DNA of 64,000 nucleotides from Betaproteobacteria bacterium (GCA_025350245.1 JANXYG010000007.1:1615-65614); one strand, 5' to 3'. Shown: positions 1 through 10,683, counted from the first letter of the stretch. Program-made: numbers and translations. The notes: generated by a model from the sequence alone, not told the origin.

Positions 1-31
1 GGGGAAGTGACAGGTAGCCGCTTCTAACGGA

Positions 32-433
32 ATGAGCGAACTGACATACGACCCAGGCGAGCACAGGGCGAAGCATTGCTGGAACAATACTCATGCAGAA
101 GTAGTCCGGAATGGCTCGGCGGCGGTCGGCAAGTGCCCAAGCACGCTTGGCAAAGAGCAGGCTCGCAACCTGTTGGATGATGCAGAGTACGAAGGAAAGG
201 TGGCCGGCCAGCCAATCAGCGAAGTGCAGCCACAACGCATGTGGAACGTCCATCGGGGGGTTGTCTACGAGGCCGTGCCTACTCAGGCAGGGTCGTATCA
301 CGGATATCCTTGGTTCGGACGGCCGGGGCGAAATCGGCTCTCGCGCTCAGTGCGAGCCGCGCTAAAACAACGTGCGGAACAACAAGGTTTTGGTCGAGAA
401 TTTCGCGATTGGATGGCAACTCATGAAAGCTAG
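32..433 (+). CDS. hypothetical small protein (133 aa), possible ribonuclease-like toxin partner of the downstream ImmA/IrrE protein
   Basis: ORF track. The 3' end overlaps ATG 423 of the next ORF by 11 nt. GC is visibly lower than in neighbouring core genes. The segment AVPTQAGSYHGYPW...GRPGRNR weakly recalls RNase Sa (VLPTQSYGYYHEYTV...PGARTRGTRR); this comes from memory and is unverified. Confidence 0.5.
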   Translation: MSELTYDPGEHRAKHCWNNTHAEVVRNGSAAVGKCPSTLGKEQARNLLDDAEYEGKVAGQPISEVQPQRMWNVHRGVVYEAVPTQAGSYHGYPWFGRPGRNRLSRSVRAALKQRAEQQGFGREFRDWMATHES

Positions 434-1895
434 CCCGGTACTGCGCTTCGAGTTTTCGCCGGCTCAAGACCCCAATCTCCGGAATGATGGATGGGGCCAA
501 GGGACGCTTCAAGTGTATGGTCGACCCTACTGGTTCTTCAACTCCGAGAGTGATCCGCAGCCAGTGGAGTGGACTTGGGTAGACTTTCTAGAGCATGTTG
601 CCGAGATGTGGGGTTCCCTTATCGCGGAACAGGCATATCCATTTAGTTGGCTTGACGAAGCCACTCATCCAGGCGAGTTGTGGAAGGTCGCTGATCGGCG
701 CTGGGCGAAAATGGGGGGTACGGTCGCTGATCAGGAAGAGCCATTACTAGTAGCGTTCGATCGGCGACACAACTTGTCGGCGGCATGGAAGGGCATCGGC
801 TTACCCGCCTTGACTTGGTTTCGGGTTGGAGAGACGGTATGGCTTTGTCCCGAAGGAGGCGATCCAATTCGTGCTTCATTTCACGAATGTCGGAGTGCAC
901 TTTTGTCTTTTGGAAATGAACTCGCGGACGCCTACTCAGCTTCGAGCAATGCCCGCGTTGCTACCGCAGTAAGCGCGTGGCGGGGGCGAGGTGAAGTATT
1001 TCGTAGCCATTTTCCGGAGATTGCCACTGGACTGTCGCGAGATCAGCTCCTGTCAATTCAAGGTGGACAAAACGCATCTGGCTACTGGGAGTTCTTGAGC
1101 ACCTCCGATTGGGAGTCAGGCCAAGTCGCCGAAGGGGAGTTGCTTGCCGCAGCGAGGATGACTGCCGGCATACTCGATACCGCTTCGATTGGCAGAGTGG
1201 TTCGGGACATCCGCCGCCTGGGCAATCGTATTTGCGGGGAACTAGATACGCTGACTGCCAAGACTTCTGCCCACGTCTCTAGCGTCCAAGCTCGGTTTGC
1301 CTTCGAAGCTGGGTATTGCGCTGCAGACTTCTTTAAGGTGAGTTCTTCCATTACGAATCAAAAGTACGTAGATATTCGCGAGGTACTTGGAAGGCTGAAT
1401 GTTGGGTTGATCGATCTTGACTTAGGCACTAACAAAATAGACGCTGTTGCTATTTGGGGTACGCGTGGTCCGTATGTCGTACTGAATTCAGTGCGTAAAT
1501 ACGCAGAGAACGAGAAGCGGACCCGGATGACTTTAGCGCACGAACTATGTCACTTGCTGGTGGACCGAAAGGGCGGGCTTCCGTTTTGCGAAGTATTGGG
1601 TGGTCAGGTCGACGATTTTGTTGAGCGGCGAGCGAGCGCCTTCGCAGCCGAGCTTTTGCTACCACGTGAATCGGTGGAGTACGACTGGCGCCTCTGGCGT
1701 GACGGATTCCAGAATTTTTTGTTGATGCTGGGTCAGGTCTACGGAGTAAGTAAGTCAGTGGCCTGCGCCCAAATCCACAACTGCACCGTCTTCGCGAAGC
1801 TCGATCAGCTAGCGCAAGACTACGTAGAGAAACGCTTGCGCATCGAAGGGTACACAAATCCAGAGGCCGTCCGCGTTGTTGCTGGGGTTGTGTGA
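423..1895 (+). CDS. ImmA/IrrE-family (COG2856-like) zinc metallopeptidase domain protein with a large uncharacterised N-terminal region
   Basis: The C-terminal region has TLAHELCHLLVD (HEXXH) followed by ERRASAFAAELLLP, typical of ImmA/IrrE peptidases. The first ~380 aa are not recognisable. Start is ambiguous (ATG 423 vs GTG 372). Confidence 0.75.
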   Translation: MKASPVLRFEFSPAQDPNLRNDGWGQGTLQVYGRPYWFFNSESDPQPVEWTWVDFLEHVAEMWGSLIAEQAYPFSWLDEATHPGELWKVADRRWAKMGGTVADQEEPLLVAFDRRHNLSAAWKGIGLPALTWFRVGETVWLCPEGGDPIRASFHECRSALLSFGNELADAYSASSNARVATAVSAWRGRGEVFRSHFPEIATGLSRDQLLSIQGGQNASGYWEFLSTSDWESGQVAEGELLAAARMTAGILDTASIGRVVRDIRRLGNRICGELDTLTAKTSAHVSSVQARFAFEAGYCAADFFKVSSSITNQKYVDIREVLGRLNVGLIDLDLGTNKIDAVAIWGTRGPYVVLNSVRKYAENEKRTRMTLAHELCHLLVDRKGGLPFCEVLGGQVDDFVERRASAFAAELLLPRESVEYDWRLWRDGFQNFLLMLGQVYGVSKSVACAQIHNCTVFAKLDQLAQDYVEKRLRIEGYTNPEAVRVVAGVV

Positions 1896-1947
1896 GCCAC
1901 TCCTTCCGATCGATGGTCTTCCGACATCAGTTTTCCAATCCCGCCGA

Positions 1948-2400
1948 TCAGCCCATATCCTCCCGCACCGCATCGGCCCAGCAGTTGGGCGTTTCGTACA
2001 GCCTGACTCTTTCGAGCACCAGGTGATTGCCGTAGCGGTCGCGAAATGCCGGGTCGAGCAGCCGGAAGGCAACCACGGCCAGATGTTCGGCCGTCGGCGG
2101 CGAGTCGAACTCGATGGTGCGATGGCCGGGGATCGAGGCGAGGAAGGCACGCACGATGTCGTCGTCACGATGCACCAGGAATGCGTGGTCCCAACGCTCC
2201 ACCACTCGCTCGGCGGCAATGGCCTTGACCTCGGAAAAGTCCATGACCATGCCCTCGTTTGCCGCACCGTGGAGGCCGATCGGATCACCTGCGAGGGTGA
2301 CTTCGAGGGCGTAACGATGCCCGTGCAGGTGGCGGCAGAGATTATCGTGAGCGGCGATGCGGTGACCCGCATCGAACTCGAGACGGCGCGTGATGCGCAT
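1948..2400 (-). CDS. queD: 6-carboxy-5,6,7,8-tetrahydropterin synthase (QueD / PTPS family)
   Basis: 150-aa ORF with the FDAGHR...LHGHRY...E motif pattern and the size typical of QueD. Confidence 0.88.
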   Translation of the reverse strand: MRITRRLEFDAGHRIAAHDNLCRHLHGHRYALEVTLAGDPIGLHGAANEGMVMDFSEVKAIAAERVVERWDHAFLVHRDDDIVRAFLASIPGHRTIEFDSPPTAEHLAVVAFRLLDPAFRDRYGNHLVLERVRLYETPNCWADAVREDMG

Positions 2401-2508
2401 GGGATAGCGGCGCGGAAAAAAAACGCGCGAAGTGTAGCACCGGCCCGTCGCCGGGCCGGTTTTGCTGCTGGTATCGTTGTTCAGTTGGTCGGGGAGGGGC
2501 CGGACTTT

Positions 2509-2832
2509 TCAGGCGGCGCGGCGGTCGGCCACGCGTTTCTGAGGAGTGCGACTGGCGCTCGCTTCGGTCTTGAGGCGCCTGAACAGCACCGGTTCTTCGG
2601 CCTTGAGATAGCTCAGCACCTCGAAGTCGCCGCGCTTGACCCGCGACAGATCGATGCGATCGACATGCACGAGGCGCAGCAACTGGAGCACAGGTTTGGG
2701 CATGGTGCGACCACTCTCGTACCGCGATCCACCACTTTGGGTGACGCCGATCATGCCCCAGAACTCCTGCTGGTTCATGCCGAGCTTGTGGCGGATGTCA
2801 CGCGGATCATATAAACGGGTTTCTTTTTTCAT
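2509..2832 (-). CDS. XRE-family helix-turn-helix transcriptional regulator
   Basis: 107-aa ORF. The segment IRHKLGMNQQEFWGMIGVTQSGGSRYESGR matches the XRE HTH pattern. Confidence 0.75.
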   Translation of the reverse strand: MKKETRLYDPRDIRHKLGMNQQEFWGMIGVTQSGGSRYESGRTMPKPVLQLLRLVHVDRIDLSRVKRGDFEVLSYLKAEEPVLFRRLKTEASASRTPQKRVADRRAA

Positions 2833-3062
2833 GGGTGCCTCGTAGGATTTTTGTCATGCGTCGGTGGCCGCCGCTGTAGACACTTGGCTTTGAGCAAGCC
2901 GCGGGTCGATGAGTTCCATGCCAGCGGTATTGAAAAACGCGATCGGGGAGGCGCCCGGGTGCCAGGCAATGCGAGATCGGCAATTCGGCATGGCGCAGCA
3001 CCTCGGCGGCACGCGCCGGTTTGACCCGGTGTTTCGTGCACAGGTATATTCAGCAGGATATT

Positions 3063-3139
<77 letters not shown>

Positions 3140-3167
3140 ACAGACTGGCTCCACGCCGAACCTTTGT

Positions 3168-3243
3168 GTGCCCGTAGCTCAACGGATAGAGCACCTGCCT
3201 TCTAAGCAGGTGGTTGCGGGTTCGATTCCTGCCGGGCATGCCA
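3168..3243 (+). tRNA. tRNA-Arg (anticodon TCT)
   Basis: Acceptor GTGCCCG/CGGGCAT, anticodon loop CTTCTAA, GGTTCGATTCC T-arm, 3' CCA. Confidence 0.93.
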
Positions 3244-3393
3244 CCCCATAGGTTCGATGCAGCCAGGGTCGGCGCGGTCGTTTGTCCAGGCTGCTTCCGT
3301 CCAAGCTGTTCCTTGCCGCAAGCCAGGTTTTTGTCCATACTTCGGCGTCCTTTTGTGACTCGGATGCATCATCTTCGGGTTGCTCGGGTCGAT

Positions 3394-3470
3394 GGTGGCG
3401 GTAGCTCAGCTGGTAGAGTCCCGGATTGTGATTCCGGTCGTCGTGGGTTCGAGTCCCATCCGCCACCCCA
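3394..3470 (+). tRNA. tRNA-His (anticodon GTG), with extra 5' G(-1)
   Basis: GGTGGCGGTAGCTCAGC..., anticodon loop TTGTGAT, GGTTCGAGTCC T-arm, 3' CCCA. Confidence 0.93.
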
Positions 3471-3544
3471 GTTTCCGACGATTTCAACGGCCACCCCGGC
3501 CGTTTCGTATCTGATCGCGCTGTGCCGCGATCCTCGCCAACACT

Positions 3545-5136
<1,592 letters not shown>

Positions 5137-5140
<4 letters not shown>

Positions 5141-7044
5141 TCCAGCTCCGCGGCGTCACCCTGCTGCGCGGGGTCAAGCGGCTGCTCGATGGCGCCAGCC
5201 TGGCGGTGCATCCCGGCCAGAAGATCGGCATCATCGGCGGCAACGGTTGCGGCAAGTCGAGCCTGTTTCGCCTGCTGCTCAACGACCTTCACCCCGAAGC
5301 CGGCGACGTCTCCGTGCCGGCGCGCTGGGTCGTGGCCACGGTGGAGCAGGAGACCGAGGCGCTGGATCGGGTGGCGATCGAATTCGTCATCGACGGCGAC
5401 GCCGAGCTGCGGACCATCGAGCGTGAGCTTGCCGAGGCCGAAGCGGCGGAAGACGGCATGCGCCAGGGCGAGTTGCACGGGCGCCTGGGTGAGATCGACG
5501 GCTATGGCGCGCGGGCCCGCGCGGCCACTTTGCTGTCCGGTCTGGGCTTCGCGCAGGTCGATCATGTCCGGCCGGTGGCCGATTTCTCCGGCGGCTGGCG
5601 GGTGCGCCTTCAGGTGGCGCGTGCGCTCATGTCGCGCTCCGATCTGCTGCTGCTCGACGAGCCCACCAATCACCTCGACCTCGACGCCGTCATCTGGCTC
5701 GAGCAGTGGCTCAAGGCCTACCCCGGAACCTTGCTGGTCATCTCGCATGACCGCGAGTTTCTCGACAATGTCGTGGGCGCCGTGTGCCATTTCGAGAGCA
5801 AGCAGCTAAAACTCTATTCCGGCGGCTACTCCGATTTCGAGCGGGCACGAGCCGAAGCGCTCGATCAGCAGAACGCCCTGCATGTGAAGCAGCAGCGGCA
5901 GATCTCGCACCTGGAGTCGTACATCGAGCGCTTCCGTGCCAAGGCCACCAAAGCGCGGCAGGCGCAAAGCCGCATCAAGGCGCTCGACCGCATCAAGGTG
6001 GTGGCACGCGCGCAGGCGGATGCGCCCTTCGACTTCGAATTTGCCGATCCCGGTGGCGCCGCCGACCCGCTGCTGTTGCTCGAACATGTCGTCGGGGGCT
6101 ACGGCGGCACCCGCATTCTCGATGACGTGACGATCAACGTGCGCCCCGGTTCGCGCATCGGCCTGCTGGGCCGTAATGGTGCCGGCAAATCGACACTGAC
6201 CAAGCTGATGGCCGGCACCCTGCCGCCGATGACCGGCGAACGCCTTGAAGGCAAGGGGCTGCGCATCGGCTACTTTGCCCAGCACCAGCTCGAACAGCTT
6301 CGGTCCGACGACACGCCGCTACGCCACATGACCCGCCTCGATCCGCGAACCCGCGAGCAAGACCATCGCGATTTTCTCGGTGGCTTCGGTTTCCGGGGCG
6401 ACGAAGCCCTGATGCCCGTGGGGCCGATGTCCGGCGGCGAGAAGGCCCGGCTCGCGCTCGCCCTGATCGTGTACACCAAGCCGCATCTGCTGTTGCTGGA
6501 CGAGCCGACCAACCACCTGGATCTGGCGATGCGCGCCGCGTTGATGCTGGCGCTCCAGTCGTTCACCGGAGCGCTCGTGCTGGTGTCGCACGATCGCAGC
6601 CTGCTGCGCACGGCGGTCGATGAATTCCTGCTGGTGGCCGATGGCAAGGTGAGTCCGTTCGACGGTGATCTCGACGACTATCGCGACTGGTTGTCGGCCA
6701 AGCCCGCCGTCGCCAACAGCGCGCCGGGGCCGGCTCCCGACAGCGGTGCCTCGCGGCGGGACAAGCGCCGCGACGATGCCGTCGATCGCGGCCGGGCCGG
6801 GTCCCGGCGCAAGCCGCTGCAGCAGGAGATCACCACCGTGGATCGCGATCTGGCGCAACTTCAGGGGCAACGCCTTCAGCTTGAAAAGCGCCTCGCCGCG
6901 CCCGACATTCATCAAGGCGCGAATCGCCAATTGCTGGCCGATTGCACCCGCGATCTCGGGCAGGCAGGCGCCCGGATTCGGCAGCTCGAAGACCGCTGGC
7001 TTGTTCTTCACGAGCAGTTGGAGCAGTTCACCGACACGGTCTGA
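5137..7044 (+). CDS. yheS: ABC-F family ATPase (YheS-like) with C-terminal coiled-coil tail
   Basis: 635 aa, tandem ABC domains ([34 protein letters not shown] twice). GTG start overlaps the ybiT stop (GTGA). Confidence 0.85.
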
Positions 7045-7111
7045 GGTCGAAGCCGGATGTTGCTGGCCGGGAGAATCGTGCAGCCATCTCCACTACTGTA
7101 ACGGAGGCAAA

Positions 7112-8017
7112 GTGTTCAAGCGTATCGGACTATTCCTGATCACCAACCTGGCCGTGGTGTTCGTCCTGAGCATCACCGCGCAGTTGCTGGGCGTGAACCG
7201 CTGGCTCACCGCCAACGGCCTGAATCTCGGCGGCCTGCTGATGTTCTCGCTGCTGTTCGGTTTTGGCGGCGCCTTCATCTCGCTGGCGATTTCCAAATGG
7301 ATGGCCAAGCGCTCGACCGGCGCGCGCGTCATCGATGAGCCCCGCAACGCCACCGAGCGCTGGCTGGTGGATACCGTGGCGCGGCAGGCGCAGGCCGCCG
7401 GCATCGGCATGCCCGAAGTCGCCATCTACGAGGCACCCGAGATCAATGCGTTCGCCACCGGCATGAGCCGCAACAGCGCTCTGGTGGCGGTCAGCACCGG
7501 TTTGCTCAACAGCATGTCGAAAGACGAAGCCGAGGCAGTTCTCGGGCACGAGATCAGCCACGTGGCCAACGGCGATATGGTCACGCTCACCCTGATCCAG
7601 GGTGTGGTGAACACGTTCGTCATCTTCCTGTCGCGCGTGGTCGGCTACGTGGTCGACCGCGTCATCCTCAAGAACGACGGCCGCAACACCGGCATCGGCT
7701 TCTTCGTGGCGACCATGGTCACGGAAGTGCTGCTCGGCATCGTCGCCAGCATGATCGTGGCGTGGTTCAGCCGGCGCCGGGAATTTCGGGCGGATGCCGG
7801 TGGCGCAAACCTGGCCGGCCGCGACAAGATGGTCGGCGCCCTCCAGCGGCTCAAGCAGGCCTACGAGCCGGCGACCCTGCCCGAAGGGCTCCAGGCCTTC
7901 GGCATCTCAGGCGGCGGGCACGGCGGACTCAAGGCGCTGTTTCTCTCCCATCCGCCGCTGGATGACCGGATAGCGGCATTGCGCGCCACTGCCGCGAATT
8001 CGGCTGGTTCGCACTAA
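7112..8017 (+). CDS. htpX: membrane zinc metalloprotease HtpX
   Basis: [13 protein letters not shown]... N-terminus, [10 protein letters not shown] motif and transmembrane segments. GTG start at 7112 preceded by GGAGG at 7103-7107. The longer ORF from 6665 is rejected. Confidence 0.9.
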   Translation: MFKRIGLFLITNLAVVFVLSITAQLLGVNRWLTANGLNLGGLLMFSLLFGFGGAFISLAISKWMAKRSTGARVIDEPRNATERWLVDTVARQAQAAGIGMPEVAIYEAPEINAFATGMSRNSALVAVSTGLLNSMSKDEAEAVLGHEISHVANGDMVTLTLIQGVVNTFVIFLSRVVGYVVDRVILKNDGRNTGIGFFVATMVTEVLLGIVASMIVAWFSRRREFRADAGGANLAGRDKMVGALQRLKQAYEPATLPEGLQAFGISGGGHGGLKALFLSHPPLDDRIAALRATAANSAGSH

Positions 8018-8033
8018 ATCACTGACCCAACTG

Positions 8034-8339
8034 ATGCGTAAATCACTTCGATATCCGAACCGCGCGCCGACTCACCCGGGCGCCATTCTTCGAGAGGACG
8101 TGTTGCCGGCAACCGGTCTCACGCGGGCGGAGGTTGCCCGGCGCCTGGGCGTGTCGCGGCTGTCGGTGTACGAGCTGCTGAACGAGAAGCGGGCGCTGTC
8201 GCCTGACATGGCGATGCGCCTGGGCCGGCTGCTCGGCGACGGGCCGGCGATCTGGCTGCGCATGCAGCAGACTCGCGACCTTTGGGCGCTTGAACAGCGC
8301 GGAGGCTATGAAGATATAGAGGCGCTCGCAGTGGCGTGA
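8034..8339 (+). CDS. higA: HigA-family antitoxin-like HTH protein (no adjacent HigB)
   Basis: 101 aa. HPGAILREDVL...GLTRAEVARRLGVSRLSVYELLNEKRALSPDMAMRL is the classic HigA/VapI pattern. Confidence 0.78.
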   Translation: MRKSLRYPNRAPTHPGAILREDVLPATGLTRAEVARRLGVSRLSVYELLNEKRALSPDMAMRLGRLLGDGPAIWLRMQQTRDLWALEQRGGYEDIEALAVA

Positions 8340-8436
8340 CGGTATTGGGCCAACCGCCAAGCGTGGAGCCAAGCCGGAGGCTTGGAAATGAATCGGCGCA
8401 GCATCGGATTGTCGCGATCCCCCATCGATAGCGATC

Positions 8437-8528
8437 AACCCCTTGTTTCCATGGCGCCCCGAACACGAATCGAACGTGTGACCTACCCCTTAGGAGGGGG
8501 TTGCTCTATCCACTGAGCTACCGGGGCG
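8437..8528. repeat. 92-bp direct repeat (distal att site of the island), identical by eye to 15789..15880
   Basis: Manual comparison: AACCCCTTGTTTCCA plus the full tRNA-Arg(CCT) sequence plus 1 nt is present at both positions. Flanks diverge immediately outside. Confidence 0.9.
8452..8527 (-). tRNA. tRNA-Arg (anticodon CCT), duplicated full-length copy at the distal island end
   Basis: The reverse complement gives GCCCCGGTAGCTCAGTGGATAGAGCAACCCCCTCCTAAGGGGTAGGTCACACGTTCGATTCGTGTTCGGGGCGCCA. The upstream (5') flank is island DNA, so expression is uncertain. Confidence 0.8.
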
Positions 8529-8825
8529 GGGTCACATGCTCGCCGCCTTTCGCCTTACCCATCACACGCTTAGGTTGAAAATCGAAGGCGCCCCGGCACG
8601 GGAACGGTAGCCCCGTTGACAGGCGTTTTCAAGCGTTGACTGTGATGGAACTGTGATGGAGTTTGCGGGACCGATGGCCATCACTCGCATCAACTGGCGG
8701 GCCGGTTGCCGGTCTCCCTCGCGCGCGCGCGTTTTGTCGGGCGGGAAGCCTCGCGCGCGTGCGCGCGCGTGCGTAATGGTCAGGAAACGCCAATAAACAA
8801 TCCTAAAGTATTGATTAACAATAAG

Positions 8826-9074
8826 TTATTTCAACTGACTGTTGTTTCCGGAAAGGGCTTCGATGGCTCGCACGATGGCGCGGCTGTAGCTCTCGCCTGG
8901 GCGCATCTGTGCCACGAGGGCTTCGTACTGGTCGGGCGTCAGCAGCAGGTCAATGCGGCGCACCCCGGCCTTCGCTTGGCGCTCTCGGAAGAGGCGTAAA
9001 TTGCGGCGATTTATGCCCTTGCGCTGTTTGCGCTGCTGTCGTTCCAGACGGGCCAGCCATGTCGTCCGGCTCAT
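8826..9074 (-). CDS. small basic hypothetical protein (82 aa), second gene of the island cargo operon
   Basis: Its ATG at 9074 overlaps the TGA stop (9071-9073) of the upstream cargo ORF (ATGA). The sequence is Arg/Lys-rich (MSRTTWLARLERQQRKQRKGINRRNLRLFRERQAKAG...). The longer ORF form to 9131 is rejected. Confidence 0.5.
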   Translation of the reverse strand: MSRTTWLARLERQQRKQRKGINRRNLRLFRERQAKAGVRRIDLLLTPDQYEALVAQMRPGESYSRAIVRAIEALSGNNSQLK

Positions 9075-10534
9075 TGACCGGGTTCGCCTTGCTCGCGGCG
9101 GATTCGGCCTTCTAGGAGCCGGTACACCCACGGGCTGAAGACAGCACCCTGGCTGGCTGCCTTGTACAGAGACGCCCGAAAGCTGGCGGCATCGAAATAC
9201 TGACTCTTGAGCAATTCATGTGTGCTGGCCATCTGGGCCAGGAGTGCCCCTGGTGACTCCGATTTCATCGCGAGTACGGCCATGCAGACCCATCGGGCAG
9301 CCGTGGCGCCGGTAGCGATAGTCCATGTCAGTTGCCTATCGTCGCCGCCGACGAAACTGGCAATCAGATATGTAGCCGATAGCGCCAATCCCTCAAGCAG
9401 CGCGTACCCGACCAGCTTAATGACATCGGTAATGGGGAGGCTGAGAATCTTGTCCTCGGAAAACACCGATTCCTTATAGGCAACACACTCCGCATATATC
9501 AGCGCATCCATCAGAGCCCATTCCAGCGTCGGCGAGAACAACCTTGGGTCACGTAGAAGCTTGTTGGCGATGGATTTGAGTTCATCGACCTTGGGTTCGA
9601 AACCGTACCGTGGAGCGCCAGACTTGCCTTCACCATTTTTCACAATGTGGAACATCCCGAAGTGCCGCCAAAGCTCTTCGTAGTCGCTGGTGAGAGAGGT
9701 GCGTTCTAGTTCCGGTCGCGTTGCTACGAGAGCTAGAAAATCAGTCGGCCAGAGACCGAACATGTCGTTACCTTCAAAGCCTTCAATTTTCTTTGGCAAA
9801 CGAAATGCTGGGCGAATGTCGCGGAGGAATCCAAGTTGACTGATAAGGTCTTCGCGAGCCTCGGGAGACACCGAGAGTCTTGCGGCGGAAGATGCCAATT
9901 CGTTGACGATGGTTGGCATCTGACCGATTTCGCCTGCGTGCTCTTCCCGGAGGGCATGTCTTAATTCATCTGCGCGCGAAGACAGAACCCACCACGGCGT
10001 TTCTACTCTCCCGGTGATGACCTTCATTCGGATATCGGACAGAGACAGAACCATGTAGCCGTGCTCGTCAGGCGCAATTCCGCTGTCGGCCAGTCCTCGG
10101 GGCGTACAGTAGAAATCCATGCTCAGCGGCGAACCGCTATGGACCCAGAGTTCGCGGAACTGGTCCTCTGCCACGGCTATCTCGATTGTGCATTTGGCGA
10201 GATGCCAAGAGTAGCCGACCCTTACCCTAAGCAACCCCGACAGTGCGGCCCCGACTAGCGCCCGATGGAGGTCATCGGACGTGCTTTCGTCGCCGGTGGG
10301 CGGTTCTTGCAGGTCGGGGTGCGACCCATCAGCACATACGATGCGAAGGGTTGCTAGGTGAGTCCGCAGAGGGCCCTTGACGCCTTCGACTGGCACTGGT
10401 CTATCGATATCGATGGGCCAATCGAGCGCAAGCTCGCCACAGAGGGTCGCTTGGCCATTGTCATGGGGAACATGCCATTCCTTCCCCAGTACGCCGCACC
10501 AGCCGCGCAGAATCTTAGATGGAGAGTTCTTCAT
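9071..10534 (-). CDS. hypothetical cargo protein (~487 aa) with two predicted C-terminal transmembrane helices
   Basis: Long ORF in a visibly low-GC stretch. Hydrophobic segments are VIKLVGYALLEGLALSATYLIASFV and LTWTIATGATAARWVCMAVLAM. No family recognised. Start taken at ATG 10534 (MKNSPSK...) and uncertain; the ORF-track start at 10813 runs through the repeat cluster. Confidence 0.6.
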   Translation of the reverse strand: MKNSPSKILRGWCGVLGKEWHVPHDNGQATLCGELALDWPIDIDRPVPVEGVKGPLRTHLATLRIVCADGSHPDLQEPPTGDESTSDDLHRALVGAALSGLLRVRVGYSWHLAKCTIEIAVAEDQFRELWVHSGSPLSMDFYCTPRGLADSGIAPDEHGYMVLSLSDIRMKVITGRVETPWWVLSSRADELRHALREEHAGEIGQMPTIVNELASSAARLSVSPEAREDLISQLGFLRDIRPAFRLPKKIEGFEGNDMFGLWPTDFLALVATRPELERTSLTSDYEELWRHFGMFHIVKNGEGKSGAPRYGFEPKVDELKSIANKLLRDPRLFSPTLEWALMDALIYAECVAYKESVFSEDKILSLPITDVIKLVGYALLEGLALSATYLIASFVGGDDRQLTWTIATGATAARWVCMAVLAMKSESPGALLAQMASTHELLKSQYFDAASFRASLYKAASQGAVFSPWVYRLLEGRIRREQGEPGQ

Positions 10535-10683
10535 GCTTGGTTCTGGAAAATCTACTTGGCATTGGCATCGAACGTGACCACGAGCATGCACACGCACAAC
10601 AGCGTTTTCACCATCGGCTCCCCTCAGAAGTAGATTCCCAGTGCGGACAGCAACAGTAGCAGGCGAACCAGCCACCCGCACCT

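Noticed and set aside
2439-2464. Stem-loop ACCGGCCCG-TCGC-CGGGCCGGT followed by TTT on the plus strand between queD and the XRE gene, considered as a terminator.
   Set aside because: Both flanking genes are on the minus strand, where the stem is not followed by a U-run. The orientation does not fit a terminator for either gene, so it was not annotated.
6665-7111. Upstream extensions of several ORF-track entries: htpX from 6665, T1SS ABC from 15967, RTX1 from 19323, mlaA from 42140, PQQ-ADH from 49019, cytochrome c from 47392, RND adaptor from 61830.
   Set aside because: The extensions overlap neighbouring genes or lack homology to the families. Internal starts with an RBS and canonical N-termini or signal peptides fit better.
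8119-8466. ORF 8119..8466 and the N-terminal extension of the integrase ORF (to 15818), both starting MFGAPWKQGV.
   Set aside because: The shared N-terminus is simply the translated tRNA/att repeat. The integrase has a good internal GTG start (15725) with GGAGGTG.
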